Shown: positions 9,739-20,081 of the stretch, piece after piece
Layout of the letters: every line of letters starts with the position of its first letter
How positions within the stretch are numbered: position 1 is the first letter of the stretch
Assembly (NCBI GenBank): GCA_964577565.1
Contig: CAZNZL010000002.1
Location: forward strand, 88,650 to 152,649
Origin: an uncultured Candidatus Saccharibacteria bacterium
Lineage (GTDB): Bacteria > Patescibacteriota > Saccharimonadia > Saccharimonadales > JAGQNJ01
Direction: 5' to 3'
DNA length: 64,000 nucleotides
Translations under genes and position numbers: made by a program
The notes under the pieces: model-generated
Told to the model about the DNA's origin: nothing
The model's input: only the letters and a program-made list of their open reading frames with translations
The model's database searches: none

Positions 9739-11660
9739 GCAGGCTCCCAGAATTCCAACTGGAACTCTTTTTTAATATCGACATGAAAGTGATCGGCGTG
9801 TCCAGATATGCACTTAACCTGTCCTTCAAGTCCCTTAGTTCGTGCATAGGACAATATTTGTTGGAGTGAATCATCACCCCGAGGAGGGCACCACCAAATA
9901 TTTCGAAGAACACCCGTGTCTGCAAATAACTTACCTAATGTAATAGTTGCGTTTTTGTCGTATGTTCCCTTCCATGATTTTGTATGACTTGCAACCTGAA
10001 GTTCACCTTCTCCACTTAGATCCACTGCGATCCCAATGTTATGTGATTTATGGCCACTCGCATTTAAATCACCAATTCGGAGCTTGGATTTGCCCTGCAT
10101 CGCATTGTTGAATGCCAGTGCGACACTATAAAGTACACAAACTAGCTGTTGACTTCCGTAGCGCTGACTTTGAGAGGAGTAAATAGTATATTCCCCAGCC
10201 GGAGCATCGGGTAACTTGAAGTACCCCTTACGCTGAGTATGTGGTTCAAGTACGGCTGGGCAGGTTATACCGGGAAGACTGGCTGAAGTATGGCACCCGG
10301 GCGTTCCGGTATTGCTTGGAGCAGAACCACCAAACTCAGCAAGAATAGATGTTGAGAATGGTAAGCGAATACCCATGTGTGGTATACAGGCTGATTCACT
10401 ACTACACGGTGACTCAAATCTTGCTAGAAAAATATACGTTGCCTCTTCAACGGTTGTGGCAGCTCGTAGTGCTGATAACACTCCCGGGCGAACATCTTCT
10501 TCCAGCTCTTTTTTTAAAAACTCTAGTTGTAACTCGAGTGAGTTAACGGGTTGGCGCCTTTCCCTTGCAAAATTTAATAAATTTGTTTGGCGGCCACCGA
10601 GCCATTGTGCCAGCCCCCAAGCTCTACCATGCGGGTATTCAGATGTAGTTCCCGGGTATGCTGCTATTGGGTTAAAGCCAGATTCAGACTGTAGGTTACC
10701 CATTATTCCGGCAGCCTGCGGTGCAGTAAAGCCCATTGTGCCCACCAAGAAATTCCATACCTTTTCTCGGTTGTCGTTTCCGGGCAGTAAACTAGCTGAA
10801 CCTCCCGGCGCACAACTACAGTTGCCTCCTGTGGTAGCACTTGAATTTTGATTCACTGCTGAAGCACTTCCCAGAGCAACTGAATTAACTACAAGGTCGG
10901 TTAAACTGGCAATGCCTTCCTGTGTAGGATGCAAGCCATCTCGAAGATTGCCGTTTGGATCATTCGTTGGACTTACGGTTGGATCACCTCCCGGAGAGAC
11001 TAATTTAAACCAATCTATAATTGAATATCTACTTGAGCTGGACAAATCACCTAACCGTTGATTAAATTCCCCTAAATAAGCTAAGTTATTAGGCCATGCT
11101 GCGGTTCCTACAGTATTAACCCACCAGACTTCAATTGTTGGGTTTTTTTGACGAATAGCGGCGATAACTTGTTCTATCGGATTATTATTGAGGCCTCCAT
11201 TCGAACCCAGTGCAACAACTATTCCCTGTGCATTTTGAATTTTTGAAGCGTCTGCATCGACTGCTTCTCTGGCTGGCGCGAGACTGCCTTCTGCCGTAGG
11301 AGCTCCAATGCCTCCACCGGTCCAAGACCTTCCAGCTGCTGCATTAATGGTGGCAGTCATCCCTTTTTCAGAAAACTTACGTTTATACTCGGCTTCAGCA
11401 GCAACGGTAATTGAATCCCCCAACACGTAGACATTAGTAATGGCTTGCGCTGAAGATTGCGGACCGCAAGAATCTGCATAATCAAAGAATCGGCTGCCAC
11501 CGTCAATTATCGATTTTTGTTCTGGTGAAAGAGCCACAACAGTTTGAAGCGTAGATGCCAAGACAAAAATAAATGCTGCACAAAATGATCCTAAATGTAG
11601 TCTGCTAACAGTTGAGCTAAACATTGCTAATATTTTATATAATCGTTTCTTACGTGACAT
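9735..11660 (-). CDS. Multidomain secreted cell-wall hydrolase: SGNH domain + phage-tail-lysozyme-like domain + MepA/LAS-type peptidase-like domain
   Basis: GDS...GSNG...DGLHP (SGNH); AAGIMGNLQSESGFNP...GLAQW (tail lysozyme); IGDL..GHKSH..GIAVD...H.DHFHV (LAS metallopeptidase). Confidence 0.8.
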   Translation of the reverse strand: MSRKKRLYKILAMFSSTVSRLHLGSFCAAFIFVLASTLQTVVALSPEQKSIIDGGSRFFDYADSCGPQSSAQAITNVYVLGDSITVAAEAEYKRKFSEKGMTATINAAAGRSWTGGGIGAPTAEGSLAPAREAVDADASKIQNAQGIVVALGSNGGLNNNPIEQVIAAIRQKNPTIEVWWVNTVGTAAWPNNLAYLGEFNQRLGDLSSSSRYSIIDWFKLVSPGGDPTVSPTNDPNGNLRDGLHPTQEGIASLTDLVVNSVALGSASAVNQNSSATTGGNCSCAPGGSASLLPGNDNREKVWNFLVGTMGFTAPQAAGIMGNLQSESGFNPIAAYPGTTSEYPHGRAWGLAQWLGGRQTNLLNFARERRQPVNSLELQLEFLKKELEEDVRPGVLSALRAATTVEEATYIFLARFESPCSSESACIPHMGIRLPFSTSILAEFGGSAPSNTGTPGCHTSASLPGITCPAVLEPHTQRKGYFKLPDAPAGEYTIYSSQSQRYGSQQLVCVLYSVALAFNNAMQGKSKLRIGDLNASGHKSHNIGIAVDLSGEGELQVASHTKSWKGTYDKNATITLGKLFADTGVLRNIWWCPPRGDDSLQQILSYARTKGLEGQVKCISGHADHFHVDIKKEFQLEFWEPA

Positions 11661-11662
11661 AC

Positions 11663-14452
11663 TTATTTTCTCACCTCTGTCATTACAGCATTAAAGTAGG
11701 CGTCATCAATATCGATCTTGCTTCCGCCGCACTTATTATATGCCTTGTGTGGGTGAATGCCGGATATATTACCGCACACTATGCTGTCTGAAGAAATAGC
11801 CTCAGTGCTTATATTATATTTTTGAACAAGATACTTCACGAGTTGCACTACGGCATCGAACTTTTTTCTATTAGTTGTTGGTCCGGTGGCTCCAAAATCT
11901 TCTGGCAGACCTTCAATTTCAATACCAAATGTCGTTGAGTTGGCCCCGGATGCATGGTTAACCTTATCGTCTTCGTTTGGGGTTAGCTGGTAAATATTGC
12001 CGTCGGCAGTAATGCCAAATTGAACTCCCAAGTTTCTCTCGCGCAGCGTCTCGGCCAAGCTATCAATGCCTTTACCATTAGAGCGTCCACCCCACCAATG
12101 CAAGGTAATACCTTGTGGTGTTATTTTTTCACCCGTTGTCGGCAGCGATGGTTGATATTTTTGAATCGAAGCATTTGAAGTGGTGGTTTGAGCGGGCGAA
12201 CCCTCTATGCCTATTTCGGCGCAAGCTTCTTCGTCAATACCTTCATAGCACGCCATTGCGGTGATGGCGGCTTTGTCGGCTAAATAGAACCGATAAGCCG
12301 TTAAGTCTGAATTGTTTCTGTCGGTGCACTTTTCTTTGTTATCTTCAAGCTTGATATAGCTCGGCGCTTGCGTGTATGTTAGCACCCCCGTGTCGGGGTC
12401 TATGGTAGCACCAAAACATGCCTCACCATAATCGCGGTTCATTCGTTCAAGTAGTTCGGGGTTGTTTTCGAACCGTTCGGCATTTTCGTAAGGGTTTTCG
12501 GCGCCGTTATCGAGCTCATCAAGCGTATAACCAAACTTATCTACCCCATAATCAAATGGCTCTGTGGTTGCGGCTGACACACCTGGAATAACTGACCCAA
12601 GGCTTTTTACTAAACTTGAAAAGGCTTTCAGGGGTGCCTTTGCAAACGATGCGAGGGTACGCTGGGTGTCTATAAACTCTGGATTTTTAATAATCGCGCT
12701 AGCTATCAGCGAGTTGGGTTCGTACGGGTCTACTATGCGGGCATACCAAGATTTATGCTTCATTTCTCGTTTTTCTTGCAGTTGCTGTTCACGCAGTAAC
12801 GCTCTGCGGTCACCGTCGCTTAATGCGGTGCAACCAAAGACTTGGCACTCGTTGTTTGCTGCCATAAATGCCCCCGAGTCACCCACGCTGCCAAGTGTGG
12901 CCCCTACTAAACCTGCTGCGTCCAATGCATCACCGGCCAACCATCGAACCACATCATCCATTACAGCTCCAAGAGCAACGTTTTGAGCCGCCTCAGAGCC
13001 AACAGAAACCAATAAGGATATAGGGCCAGATACTGAAAGTGCAATTCCCCCCACCGCCAATGCAATACCCCCAAGCGTAGAGTTTACTATTCCGCACAGA
13101 TGTGACACGCCCGGTGCATCTGTGATGGTGTCAATTGTTCTAAAAAAAGCTGGTTTTTCTTTGCCGGGTTTGGCAGATTCCGGAATTTTTTGCCCGGTAT
13201 TTTCGTTACCGAGCCCGTGCTGAATGCTTTCAGCATCAAAAACCGATGTTTTAGATTTTTCGTCATATAAATCTTCATATATGGCGCCAACCTCATCCAT
13301 GTTAACATCGTTACCAGATTGAATCTGAGAAGCCACAGAAATAATATCCATCGCTGTTCTTATAGAGGGTAGTTCAATATTTGATGCCTGTAATTCATGT
13401 GAAGCATCCCCTAATGCATCTAATCCACACAGCAGTCCTACTACTGCCGTGGCTCCTACACCCTTACCAAGGGCACCCCTCACTCTGCTAACTTTTTGTT
13501 CTGTGGTTAGGTTGGGGTCTCGCGCTGTGCGTTGAATTTCTTCGTTTCCTGCGTCAACTTCAGCTGCTTTAGCCCTGTCTTCATCTGAGGCTGGGTTTTC
13601 AGGGTCATCTTCTCGTGAGTTTGCTACCCTCGTTTCTGGGGTTGAACCATCTTGAATCTTTTTGGCGCGCTCGTCCTTTCGTTTTTTGATATACTCTCTC
13701 AAATCCTCATCAGCTGCTTTAGCAATATTTTTAAGTGGGTGGAAATCAACCCCACCACGAATTTTTAAGGTGCGACTTGCAATCGAAGTGCTTACGCCAT
13801 TGATATCGAGCGCATGAGTCATGGCTGAAATAGCGCCCCGGCGAGTTCGGGCCGATTCAGCACTTAAATCAAGGGTTGTAACGGTGCTGCCGTTCGGGGG
13901 GTCTGGAATATCAAAGCCGGAGGCTCGCATTTTTTCTAACGACTTCTTGCCTTCTGGGGTCGATATGTCAATGTCAATACCGCGAATTCGTGCAAAGCCG
14001 TCATGTCGTGCTGTCATACCACGTGCTGCGAGCTTTTTGTCGTAGTGATTGCCAAGTTTATTGCCTAAATAACTTAAGTTTCGACGGTGTGGTTCGTTTC
14101 GAGTGCGAGCCCACTTTATAAGTTTGCCAGTTCGAGTGTCGGAAAGTTCCTCGATATCACTAAAGTGTTTTTGGAACAAGCTGGCAATTTGTATGATCAT
14201 TGCCGGCCCTGACAAGAAGGAAGAAATCATCAAACTAATACCAATAATGATTCCTGCCGTACCGCTACCAATAAGAGCTTGCTTCTTTCTAAACTTAAAA
14301 CGGAGCTTGTCTTTTTTTGACAAGTTAGTATCCCACGGGCTGTTGCTTGAATCGCTAGAAGGATTATTACTCTCAAGAGCTGCCGCCTCTTTTTGTTCGG
14401 CTGATGTTGGAGTCGGTGTGGCTTTTTTGTCTTCTTTGTCGTAAACGGGCAC
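11663..14452 (-). CDS. Large membrane protein with C-terminal N-acetylmuramoyl-L-alanine amidase (Amidase_2-like) domain
   Basis: N-terminal TM helix; C-terminal GITLHW, VQFGITADGNIYQL, HASGANSTTFGIEIEG, HPH motifs. Confidence 0.75.
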   Translation of the reverse strand: MPVYDKEDKKATPTPTSAEQKEAAALESNNPSSDSSNSPWDTNLSKKDKLRFKFRKKQALIGSGTAGIIIGISLMISSFLSGPAMIIQIASLFQKHFSDIEELSDTRTGKLIKWARTRNEPHRRNLSYLGNKLGNHYDKKLAARGMTARHDGFARIRGIDIDISTPEGKKSLEKMRASGFDIPDPPNGSTVTTLDLSAESARTRRGAISAMTHALDINGVSTSIASRTLKIRGGVDFHPLKNIAKAADEDLREYIKKRKDERAKKIQDGSTPETRVANSREDDPENPASDEDRAKAAEVDAGNEEIQRTARDPNLTTEQKVSRVRGALGKGVGATAVVGLLCGLDALGDASHELQASNIELPSIRTAMDIISVASQIQSGNDVNMDEVGAIYEDLYDEKSKTSVFDAESIQHGLGNENTGQKIPESAKPGKEKPAFFRTIDTITDAPGVSHLCGIVNSTLGGIALAVGGIALSVSGPISLLVSVGSEAAQNVALGAVMDDVVRWLAGDALDAAGLVGATLGSVGDSGAFMAANNECQVFGCTALSDGDRRALLREQQLQEKREMKHKSWYARIVDPYEPNSLIASAIIKNPEFIDTQRTLASFAKAPLKAFSSLVKSLGSVIPGVSAATTEPFDYGVDKFGYTLDELDNGAENPYENAERFENNPELLERMNRDYGEACFGATIDPDTGVLTYTQAPSYIKLEDNKEKCTDRNNSDLTAYRFYLADKAAITAMACYEGIDEEACAEIGIEGSPAQTTTSNASIQKYQPSLPTTGEKITPQGITLHWWGGRSNGKGIDSLAETLRERNLGVQFGITADGNIYQLTPNEDDKVNHASGANSTTFGIEIEGLPEDFGATGPTTNRKKFDAVVQLVKYLVQKYNISTEAISSDSIVCGNISGIHPHKAYNKCGGSKIDIDDAYFNAVMTEVRK

Positions 14453-14472
14453 GGTCTAGGCTGCTCCTTAAT

Positions 14473-16422
14473 TTACATTGCCGGTGGTTGGTATGGCGTA
14501 TCTTGATTATCGGGACCTAGCTCAATACTGCCTTGTGGCTGGTCAAAGGTGCCCTGTTGCAAGGCTGCCTGGTCTTCGAGCTGTTGGACTTGTTGCGGGT
14601 TGGTGGTAATAAGACCTGTTTCGGTCGGGCTGGCAATTATTTGAATGTGAACGTGGTTTTGGCCAGCAAAGAATAAGCCTTGCCCTACCGGGAACTGGCT
14701 CAGGCGTTTCTTTTCTTCGCTGGTGAGCTTAAAGACATCGGCCAAAATATCGACTGCCGACGGTGACTGTTTTAATAATATTTGTAGCGACGCATTTGCC
14801 ACAATTGCTCTACCCATGCGCGAGCCAATAAAATCTTCAACGTCTTGAGAAATGGTCGTGATGCCAAGATTATATTTGCGGGCTCGTTTGGCCAGGCTAA
14901 ACATAAAGTTGGCCGAATCTTCATACTTCATTAATTGCCAGGCTTCGTCGACGATCATGATGCGGCGTTTCTTGTCGGCTTTGGCGCGGTTCCAGATGTA
15001 ATTTAAGACAATATACATCGCGACTGGGCGAAGCTCGTCTTCAAGATCACGAATATTAAACACGACCAACTGGTTATTAATATCTATGTTTGATTGTTGA
15101 GAAAAAATGCCGGCAAATGTTCCGGTTGTATATTTACGAAGCCGCTGTGCTAACTGCGGGCCGGTATTGCCCATATGAAGCAAGGTGTCATAAAGGTCAT
15201 TAATAGTTGGCGGCGGCGAATTATGAGTTAGCGGATCATTGGTAATACCAGCTTTGGCGTATGTTTCAATCAGTGCAGCATCAAGGTCGGCTTCTTCAAC
15301 GGGACTTAAGGCTGGTGCCACCGTTGCATTGCCGCCAGATTGTATTTGTGCTTGGGCACCACCCATCATCAAGCGCAACAAGCCATGTAGGGTTATAAGG
15401 TTACTGCGAAGTGCGTTGTCGGCTTCATCGGCATCTAGCACGCGGGGCAGATCAAAGGGGTTGATGCGCGTTGAAGAGTTAAGACTCAGGCGAACATACG
15501 CACCACCAACCGCCTCACTCATGCGTTGGTATTCGTTTTCAGGGTCAATAATTATCACTTCGGTGCCAAACATCATGCTGCGCAAAGCTTCAAGCTTAAC
15601 TGCAAACGACTTACCTGCACCTGACTTGGCAAAAACAACCGAGTTGCCATTTTCTAGGCTAAAGCGGTCAAATATAACCAGCCCCGAGTTATGCATATTG
15701 ACGCCATATAAAATGCCGTTGTCTTGCGTAAGATCGGCGCTGGTGAATGGAAAACTCGTACTCAACGCGCCCGTGCTCATATTCCGTCGTATCTGTAACT
15801 GGTCAGTCAACTGCGGTATTGTGCTGTTTAGCCCTTGTTCTTGTTGAGACGTTGCAGGTTTTGAGTATACTAATTGCTGGCCAAGAAGTGACTCAATTTT
15901 ATGAGTGACAAATTCGAGCTCGTCCATGCTATTGGCATATACGGTAAAGTAAAAGCCAAGCCGGAAGAAGCGCTCCTCGCCCACCTGAAGCTTGTCGCGA
16001 ATTTCTTCAGCATCCATAATGGCAGCTTGCGTACCGGGGTCACGTACCCGGCCTTTTTCAGCATTAATCTGGATGTCAGCCTCTAACTGGCTCACCTTTT
16101 TGCGTAGGTTCTCAAGCACCACCTGGCTTTCAACCGGGTAGATGTACATAGAAATATCCATAATCTCATCAATATTTATAAGACTACTAAGCCAACCAGT
16201 ATATAACTGCCTGGGGTAACCAAAAACGTAAAACGTTCTAGCAAGCCTGGTACCAATCTGAAAGTACGAGGCACTAAACTCTAGTGAGCTTGGTGCAATA
16301 AAATCGCGCAGCGCCGTAACACCCTTCTGAAATGCGGCACTGACTTCTTGAACTTCGCGGGCTGCCTGAGCTTGAGCTAAGGCAACGGGGTCTACTTTTG
16401 GTTTCTTTTTACCAAAAGCCAT
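14473..16422 (-). CDS. virB4: VirB4-like type IV secretion ATPase
   Basis: AKSGAGKS Walker A, IIDPENEY, IVDEAW Walker B, RARKY, SQDVEDF. Confidence 0.93.
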   Translation of the reverse strand: MAFGKKKPKVDPVALAQAQAAREVQEVSAAFQKGVTALRDFIAPSSLEFSASYFQIGTRLARTFYVFGYPRQLYTGWLSSLINIDEIMDISMYIYPVESQVVLENLRKKVSQLEADIQINAEKGRVRDPGTQAAIMDAEEIRDKLQVGEERFFRLGFYFTVYANSMDELEFVTHKIESLLGQQLVYSKPATSQQEQGLNSTIPQLTDQLQIRRNMSTGALSTSFPFTSADLTQDNGILYGVNMHNSGLVIFDRFSLENGNSVVFAKSGAGKSFAVKLEALRSMMFGTEVIIIDPENEYQRMSEAVGGAYVRLSLNSSTRINPFDLPRVLDADEADNALRSNLITLHGLLRLMMGGAQAQIQSGGNATVAPALSPVEEADLDAALIETYAKAGITNDPLTHNSPPPTINDLYDTLLHMGNTGPQLAQRLRKYTTGTFAGIFSQQSNIDINNQLVVFNIRDLEDELRPVAMYIVLNYIWNRAKADKKRRIMIVDEAWQLMKYEDSANFMFSLAKRARKYNLGITTISQDVEDFIGSRMGRAIVANASLQILLKQSPSAVDILADVFKLTSEEKKRLSQFPVGQGLFFAGQNHVHIQIIASPTETGLITTNPQQVQQLEDQAALQQGTFDQPQGSIELGPDNQDTPYQPPAM

Positions 16423-17294
16423 TACAGCAGCTCCTTGTCCAGGTTGGGTTGGGGGGCTTCACCCTGGCCTTTGGTAATAACAGGAGCGGTCAAATCATCA
16501 AAATTCTTAAGCTGTTGCCTGGAGGAGGTGTCGGGGTTATAAGAGTCGTAATAGAGCTCGATTAACTCTTGCGTATCAAGCGGTACGCCGTGCACGCCGC
16601 ACTGCAGCAAACTGGCCAAAACGTTTTGCACACGGTTTCGTAGCTCGGTTTTGGCAGCTTCAAGGTCTTGTTCATTAACAACCACATGCTGCTCTTGTTT
16701 ACTAAATAGGCTGGTAAGGCCAGAAAAGAAGTTTTTACTTTGCGTAATAGCTTTCTGAACATCTGCCTTTGGAAAGAACGGTATCACCATATAGAATCGT
16801 TTATCCATAATATTCGTTTGCATTGACAAGTTGGTTATAAAGCCAAGGTAATCTTCCATGAGCATAGCTAGCAGCATATTATCGTGTTCGCTACGAATTT
16901 TATCGAGCCGTTCTATATACGGCCGAATATCAACACGCTCTGAACGCACAAAAATCTGTACCGGAAAGTACAGCGAGTTCAAAAAGCTTTGATAACCAGC
17001 TTCAACTGCTTCACGCTCTTGGGGGCTCATAAGGTCAAAGTTAATAGATTTTAGCATAATAACTGAGCGAAATGACCCGTCATTCATAATGACCACACCG
17101 TCTCTAATTTCGGCAAACTGTAAGGTATTTTGGGTGCTATTAGGGTTAGAGGGCGGAGCTTGCGGGAATGGTTGTTGACCAACAGCTTGGCCAGCCGGCG
17201 GTTGACTTCCCGACGGATAGCTTTGTTGTGGCGGAATAGGCTGGTTTTGGGCCGCCTGATTTGGTGTGTAGGGTTGATTTTGATCCGGATTCAT
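16422..17294 (-). CDS. T4SS-associated protein (VirB4/TraC N-terminal-like)
   Basis: SINFDLMSPQEREA..YQSFLNSL.FPVQI motif; between PrgI and VirB4, translationally coupled. Confidence 0.75.
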   Translation of the reverse strand: MNPDQNQPYTPNQAAQNQPIPPQQSYPSGSQPPAGQAVGQQPFPQAPPSNPNSTQNTLQFAEIRDGVVIMNDGSFRSVIMLKSINFDLMSPQEREAVEAGYQSFLNSLYFPVQIFVRSERVDIRPYIERLDKIRSEHDNMLLAMLMEDYLGFITNLSMQTNIMDKRFYMVIPFFPKADVQKAITQSKNFFSGLTSLFSKQEQHVVVNEQDLEAAKTELRNRVQNVLASLLQCGVHGVPLDTQELIELYYDSYNPDTSSRQQLKNFDDLTAPVITKGQGEAPQPNLDKELL

Positions 17295-17328
17295 TAAGTA
17301 TGTTGCCCACCATGACCTTACCGTTCGT

Positions 17329-18285
17329 TTAGTGTAGGCTTATAACCACTTCGTCGTCAGCGCCCTGGTCTTTTATACGCTTGGCCTGACCGGCGATAGT
17401 TTGAACAGAAAGATCATCACTGTTTTTGACAATATTTAGTATAGCAGGGTCGCGAGGAGGTGTCACGGCCTGAGTACTCTGTTTTGCTTCCTTTTGCACG
17501 GGGTTGCTTCCAGGCGGATTGATGGTTTTCATATTGCTGTATTCATTGTGCTGGCGAGGCTCGGCACCCGAGGCTTGATCATCAGCTATAACTGGCGGTA
17601 GGGTGGGTCTTGCGGCTTGTGCTTTTTGTTGTTCTTCTTTGGACTTCTCGATACTGCGCTTAACCGCATCCTTATATTTAACCGAGGCCTTACCAATTAA
17701 GTCGTCCATAGACTTAGCCCGTGGGTTAGCGGCGGGGTCTAGCATATCGGCTGCTGGTTCTGCTGCTACAACAGACCCGCTGAGAGCCGCTATATCTACA
17801 AGCCTATCAGAGCTGCTGGTTTGAGCACCAGGGTACATGTTTGTTGCGTTTTTTATGGCCCACCCACGAGTATCAAGCGTCGTGGCCAGGGTTTTAAGAC
17901 GGCTTTTAACCTCGTCTTGAGAATAGCCTTTGGTCAGCTGCTTTTCTTGCTTTTTGGGAGCGGTAATTGTGACCAACTGCTTAATACCGGTCTGGTCCCA
18001 TATGCGTCGGCGCGGCTTTAAAAAGAAGCGTATTTTTGCCAGTAGCCAGATTTCAGTTGACTGGGCACCGCCTAGCGGAGCCGATAGCAAGCCAAAAAAC
18101 AACGCCGGTGGCACAAATATGAAGCCTATTGGCCAAAAAGAGGTTAAAAATAATCTAACCGCCAAAAAGCCGCTTACAATGGTTATAACTGCGTATATAA
18201 ACTGGCGTAAACTCAGCCAGCCAATGAGCTTATCTTCTGCTTCAATATCTTGGATTACTTTATACTGCGCCATAAGTTTGTGCAT
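17329..18285 (-). CDS. PrgI (VirB3-like) family protein
   Basis: YKVIQDIEAEDKLIGWLSLRQFIY, two TM helices, FFLKPRRRIW. Confidence 0.85.
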   Translation of the reverse strand: MHKLMAQYKVIQDIEAEDKLIGWLSLRQFIYAVITIVSGFLAVRLFLTSFWPIGFIFVPPALFFGLLSAPLGGAQSTEIWLLAKIRFFLKPRRRIWDQTGIKQLVTITAPKKQEKQLTKGYSQDEVKSRLKTLATTLDTRGWAIKNATNMYPGAQTSSSDRLVDIAALSGSVVAAEPAADMLDPAANPRAKSMDDLIGKASVKYKDAVKRSIEKSKEEQQKAQAARPTLPPVIADDQASGAEPRQHNEYSNMKTINPPGSNPVQKEAKQSTQAVTPPRDPAILNIVKNSDDLSVQTIAGQAKRIKDQGADDEVVISLH

Positions 18286-20081
18286 TACGCTCCATCAGGT
18301 GGCTGAACAGTTTCACCCGCAGCATTTGGTCCAATAATACTTGGGTTGTCGCGAGCACTCGCATATTCGCGTACACGATTATGGAAATCGGGGTGTTCTT
18401 GAGGGTTGATTCGTGCCTCGTCTAGAAGTTGGCGAACATTTAATTCCACAGATTGGGTAATGGTATTGCCAGCAGCGTCTTTAGCAGGTTCGCCGTCAGC
18501 GCCTCTTACGGGTACTGTCCTGGTTTCACCAGTACTCATTGCAAATACATTATTTGCGAACTCCTCAGCCTTTTTAGGTGAAACACTAGATAACATACTA
18601 TGTAAGTTTCCTACATCCGCCAATGCCTTATCAATAGCTCTCTGGTCTCCAGTCTCTAACGCATCGCTTAGTAATTTTTGAGACTGCGCAGCAAAAGTTT
18701 CAACAGTCCTCTGGTGGCTACCAAGTACTTCCCGCGGATCTGCCCCAGCAAACGCTCCCTCTATCTGGTCGCCAGCAGAAATTTTCTTTTGAACGAAATC
18801 AACAGTTGAACCGTATGAATTGGAGCTAAACTCTGCACGACCCTTGTTCGCCTTCATCCATCCAGCTGCATCATAGGCTGTAATCAAGCCGGCGTTAACC
18901 ATTTGGTTAAGCTCTTCTTGCATTTGTGCTAAGCCTTCCTCCCCAGCTTCATAGGCGGTATTGGTATGGGCAACCCGGAACTTCTGTGCTGCAACGGCCA
19001 TACCTGTTGTGCCAACTCGTGCCCCTACGGCAGATTCTGCTCTAGCAAGCGCCATTTCTGCCTCTTGTTGGGTGTGCCCCATTGCTTGATATTGTCTGAC
19101 GAATTCTCTTCTGGTCATTGAGGTATCACGTAATAGTTTCGACGCGTCATCGTCGTTAAAGGCACGTGCCCCACCCTTCTCTAATTTTTCAGCAGCGGCA
19201 CGTTCCAAAACCGCTTGTTCTTGATCTTTCCACCTGTTTCTTCCCCTACTAGACAAGCTCCAACTTCCATTTGCGCCCAAAGAGGCGGCCCTTCTATAAA
19301 GACTACCCGTTCGGCCGCTACCAAGGCGTGTACTCGCGTTCATTCTGTTTTCATGAAGTTGCTTGGCTCGTTCTTGGCGCGCATTGCGCAAGCGGTCAAA
19401 CATACCACGGCTGCGGTTGTTGGCAATACCGGCAATGTTCGCAAAAGCGCTACCTGCAACCTGGAAGGTCTTAGGTATCAAAAAGTATGGCCCATAGAAA
19501 GCTAGTAATATAATCCCTACCTTAAATGCACCATTGCCATAGACATCTGGGGATGCAGCAATTCTAGCGGCAACCCGGCCACCTGCGACAATAAGCAATA
19601 TTAAAGGATACATGAGCAGTACTTTGCTGAAGCTCTCCCACCAAATCTTCCATAGCTTGTCAGTACCGGGTAATATCCAAGCTACTAACGCAAGAGGAGC
19701 ACTTACAACCAATACAACAATTAATATTTGGCGTATAGCTAGCACAAAAAACGCAATGGCTAAGGCCAGCAAGATAGAAGCACCAAGCAGGAGTAAACCC
19801 ACCCCGCCCCCGAGCGCAAACGCCGTACCACCAACAACAGCCGTACCACCTACTAGACCCGTAAGAGTAAGACCTACCGGTCCAACTGCTTCTTGTAGAA
19901 TCTTAGTTATTTCTAGCTCGTCACGACCACCAAACGGTGCGTACAGTAAACCCTCCAAGCCCCAAGCTACATTGCTTACCACAACTATTAAAAGCGTGAA
20001 AAGCGGCCATGATAGCTGAATAAGAATAACGGCGATTAACAGGCGCGGTAATACTTTTTTAACCGTATAGGCATCAAACAT
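18285..20081 (-). CDS. VirB6/TrbL-like polytopic membrane protein, C-terminal part
   Basis: KKVLPRLLIAVILIQLSW, RQILIVVLVVSAPLALVAWILPGTDKLWKIWW; in frame with the upstream ORF across one TAG. Confidence 0.8.
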   Translation of the reverse strand: MFDAYTVKKVLPRLLIAVILIQLSWPLFTLLIVVVSNVAWGLEGLLYAPFGGRDELEITKILQEAVGPVGLTLTGLVGGTAVVGGTAFALGGGVGLLLLGASILLALAIAFFVLAIRQILIVVLVVSAPLALVAWILPGTDKLWKIWWESFSKVLLMYPLILLIVAGGRVAARIAASPDVYGNGAFKVGIILLAFYGPYFLIPKTFQVAGSAFANIAGIANNRSRGMFDRLRNARQERAKQLHENRMNASTRLGSGRTGSLYRRAASLGANGSWSLSSRGRNRWKDQEQAVLERAAAEKLEKGGARAFNDDDASKLLRDTSMTRREFVRQYQAMGHTQQEAEMALARAESAVGARVGTTGMAVAAQKFRVAHTNTAYEAGEEGLAQMQEELNQMVNAGLITAYDAAGWMKANKGRAEFSSNSYGSTVDFVQKKISAGDQIEGAFAGADPREVLGSHQRTVETFAAQSQKLLSDALETGDQRAIDKALADVGNLHSMLSSVSPKKAEEFANNVFAMSTGETRTVPVRGADGEPAKDAAGNTITQSVELNVRQLLDEARINPQEHPDFHNRVREYASARDNPSIIGPNAAGETVQPPDGA

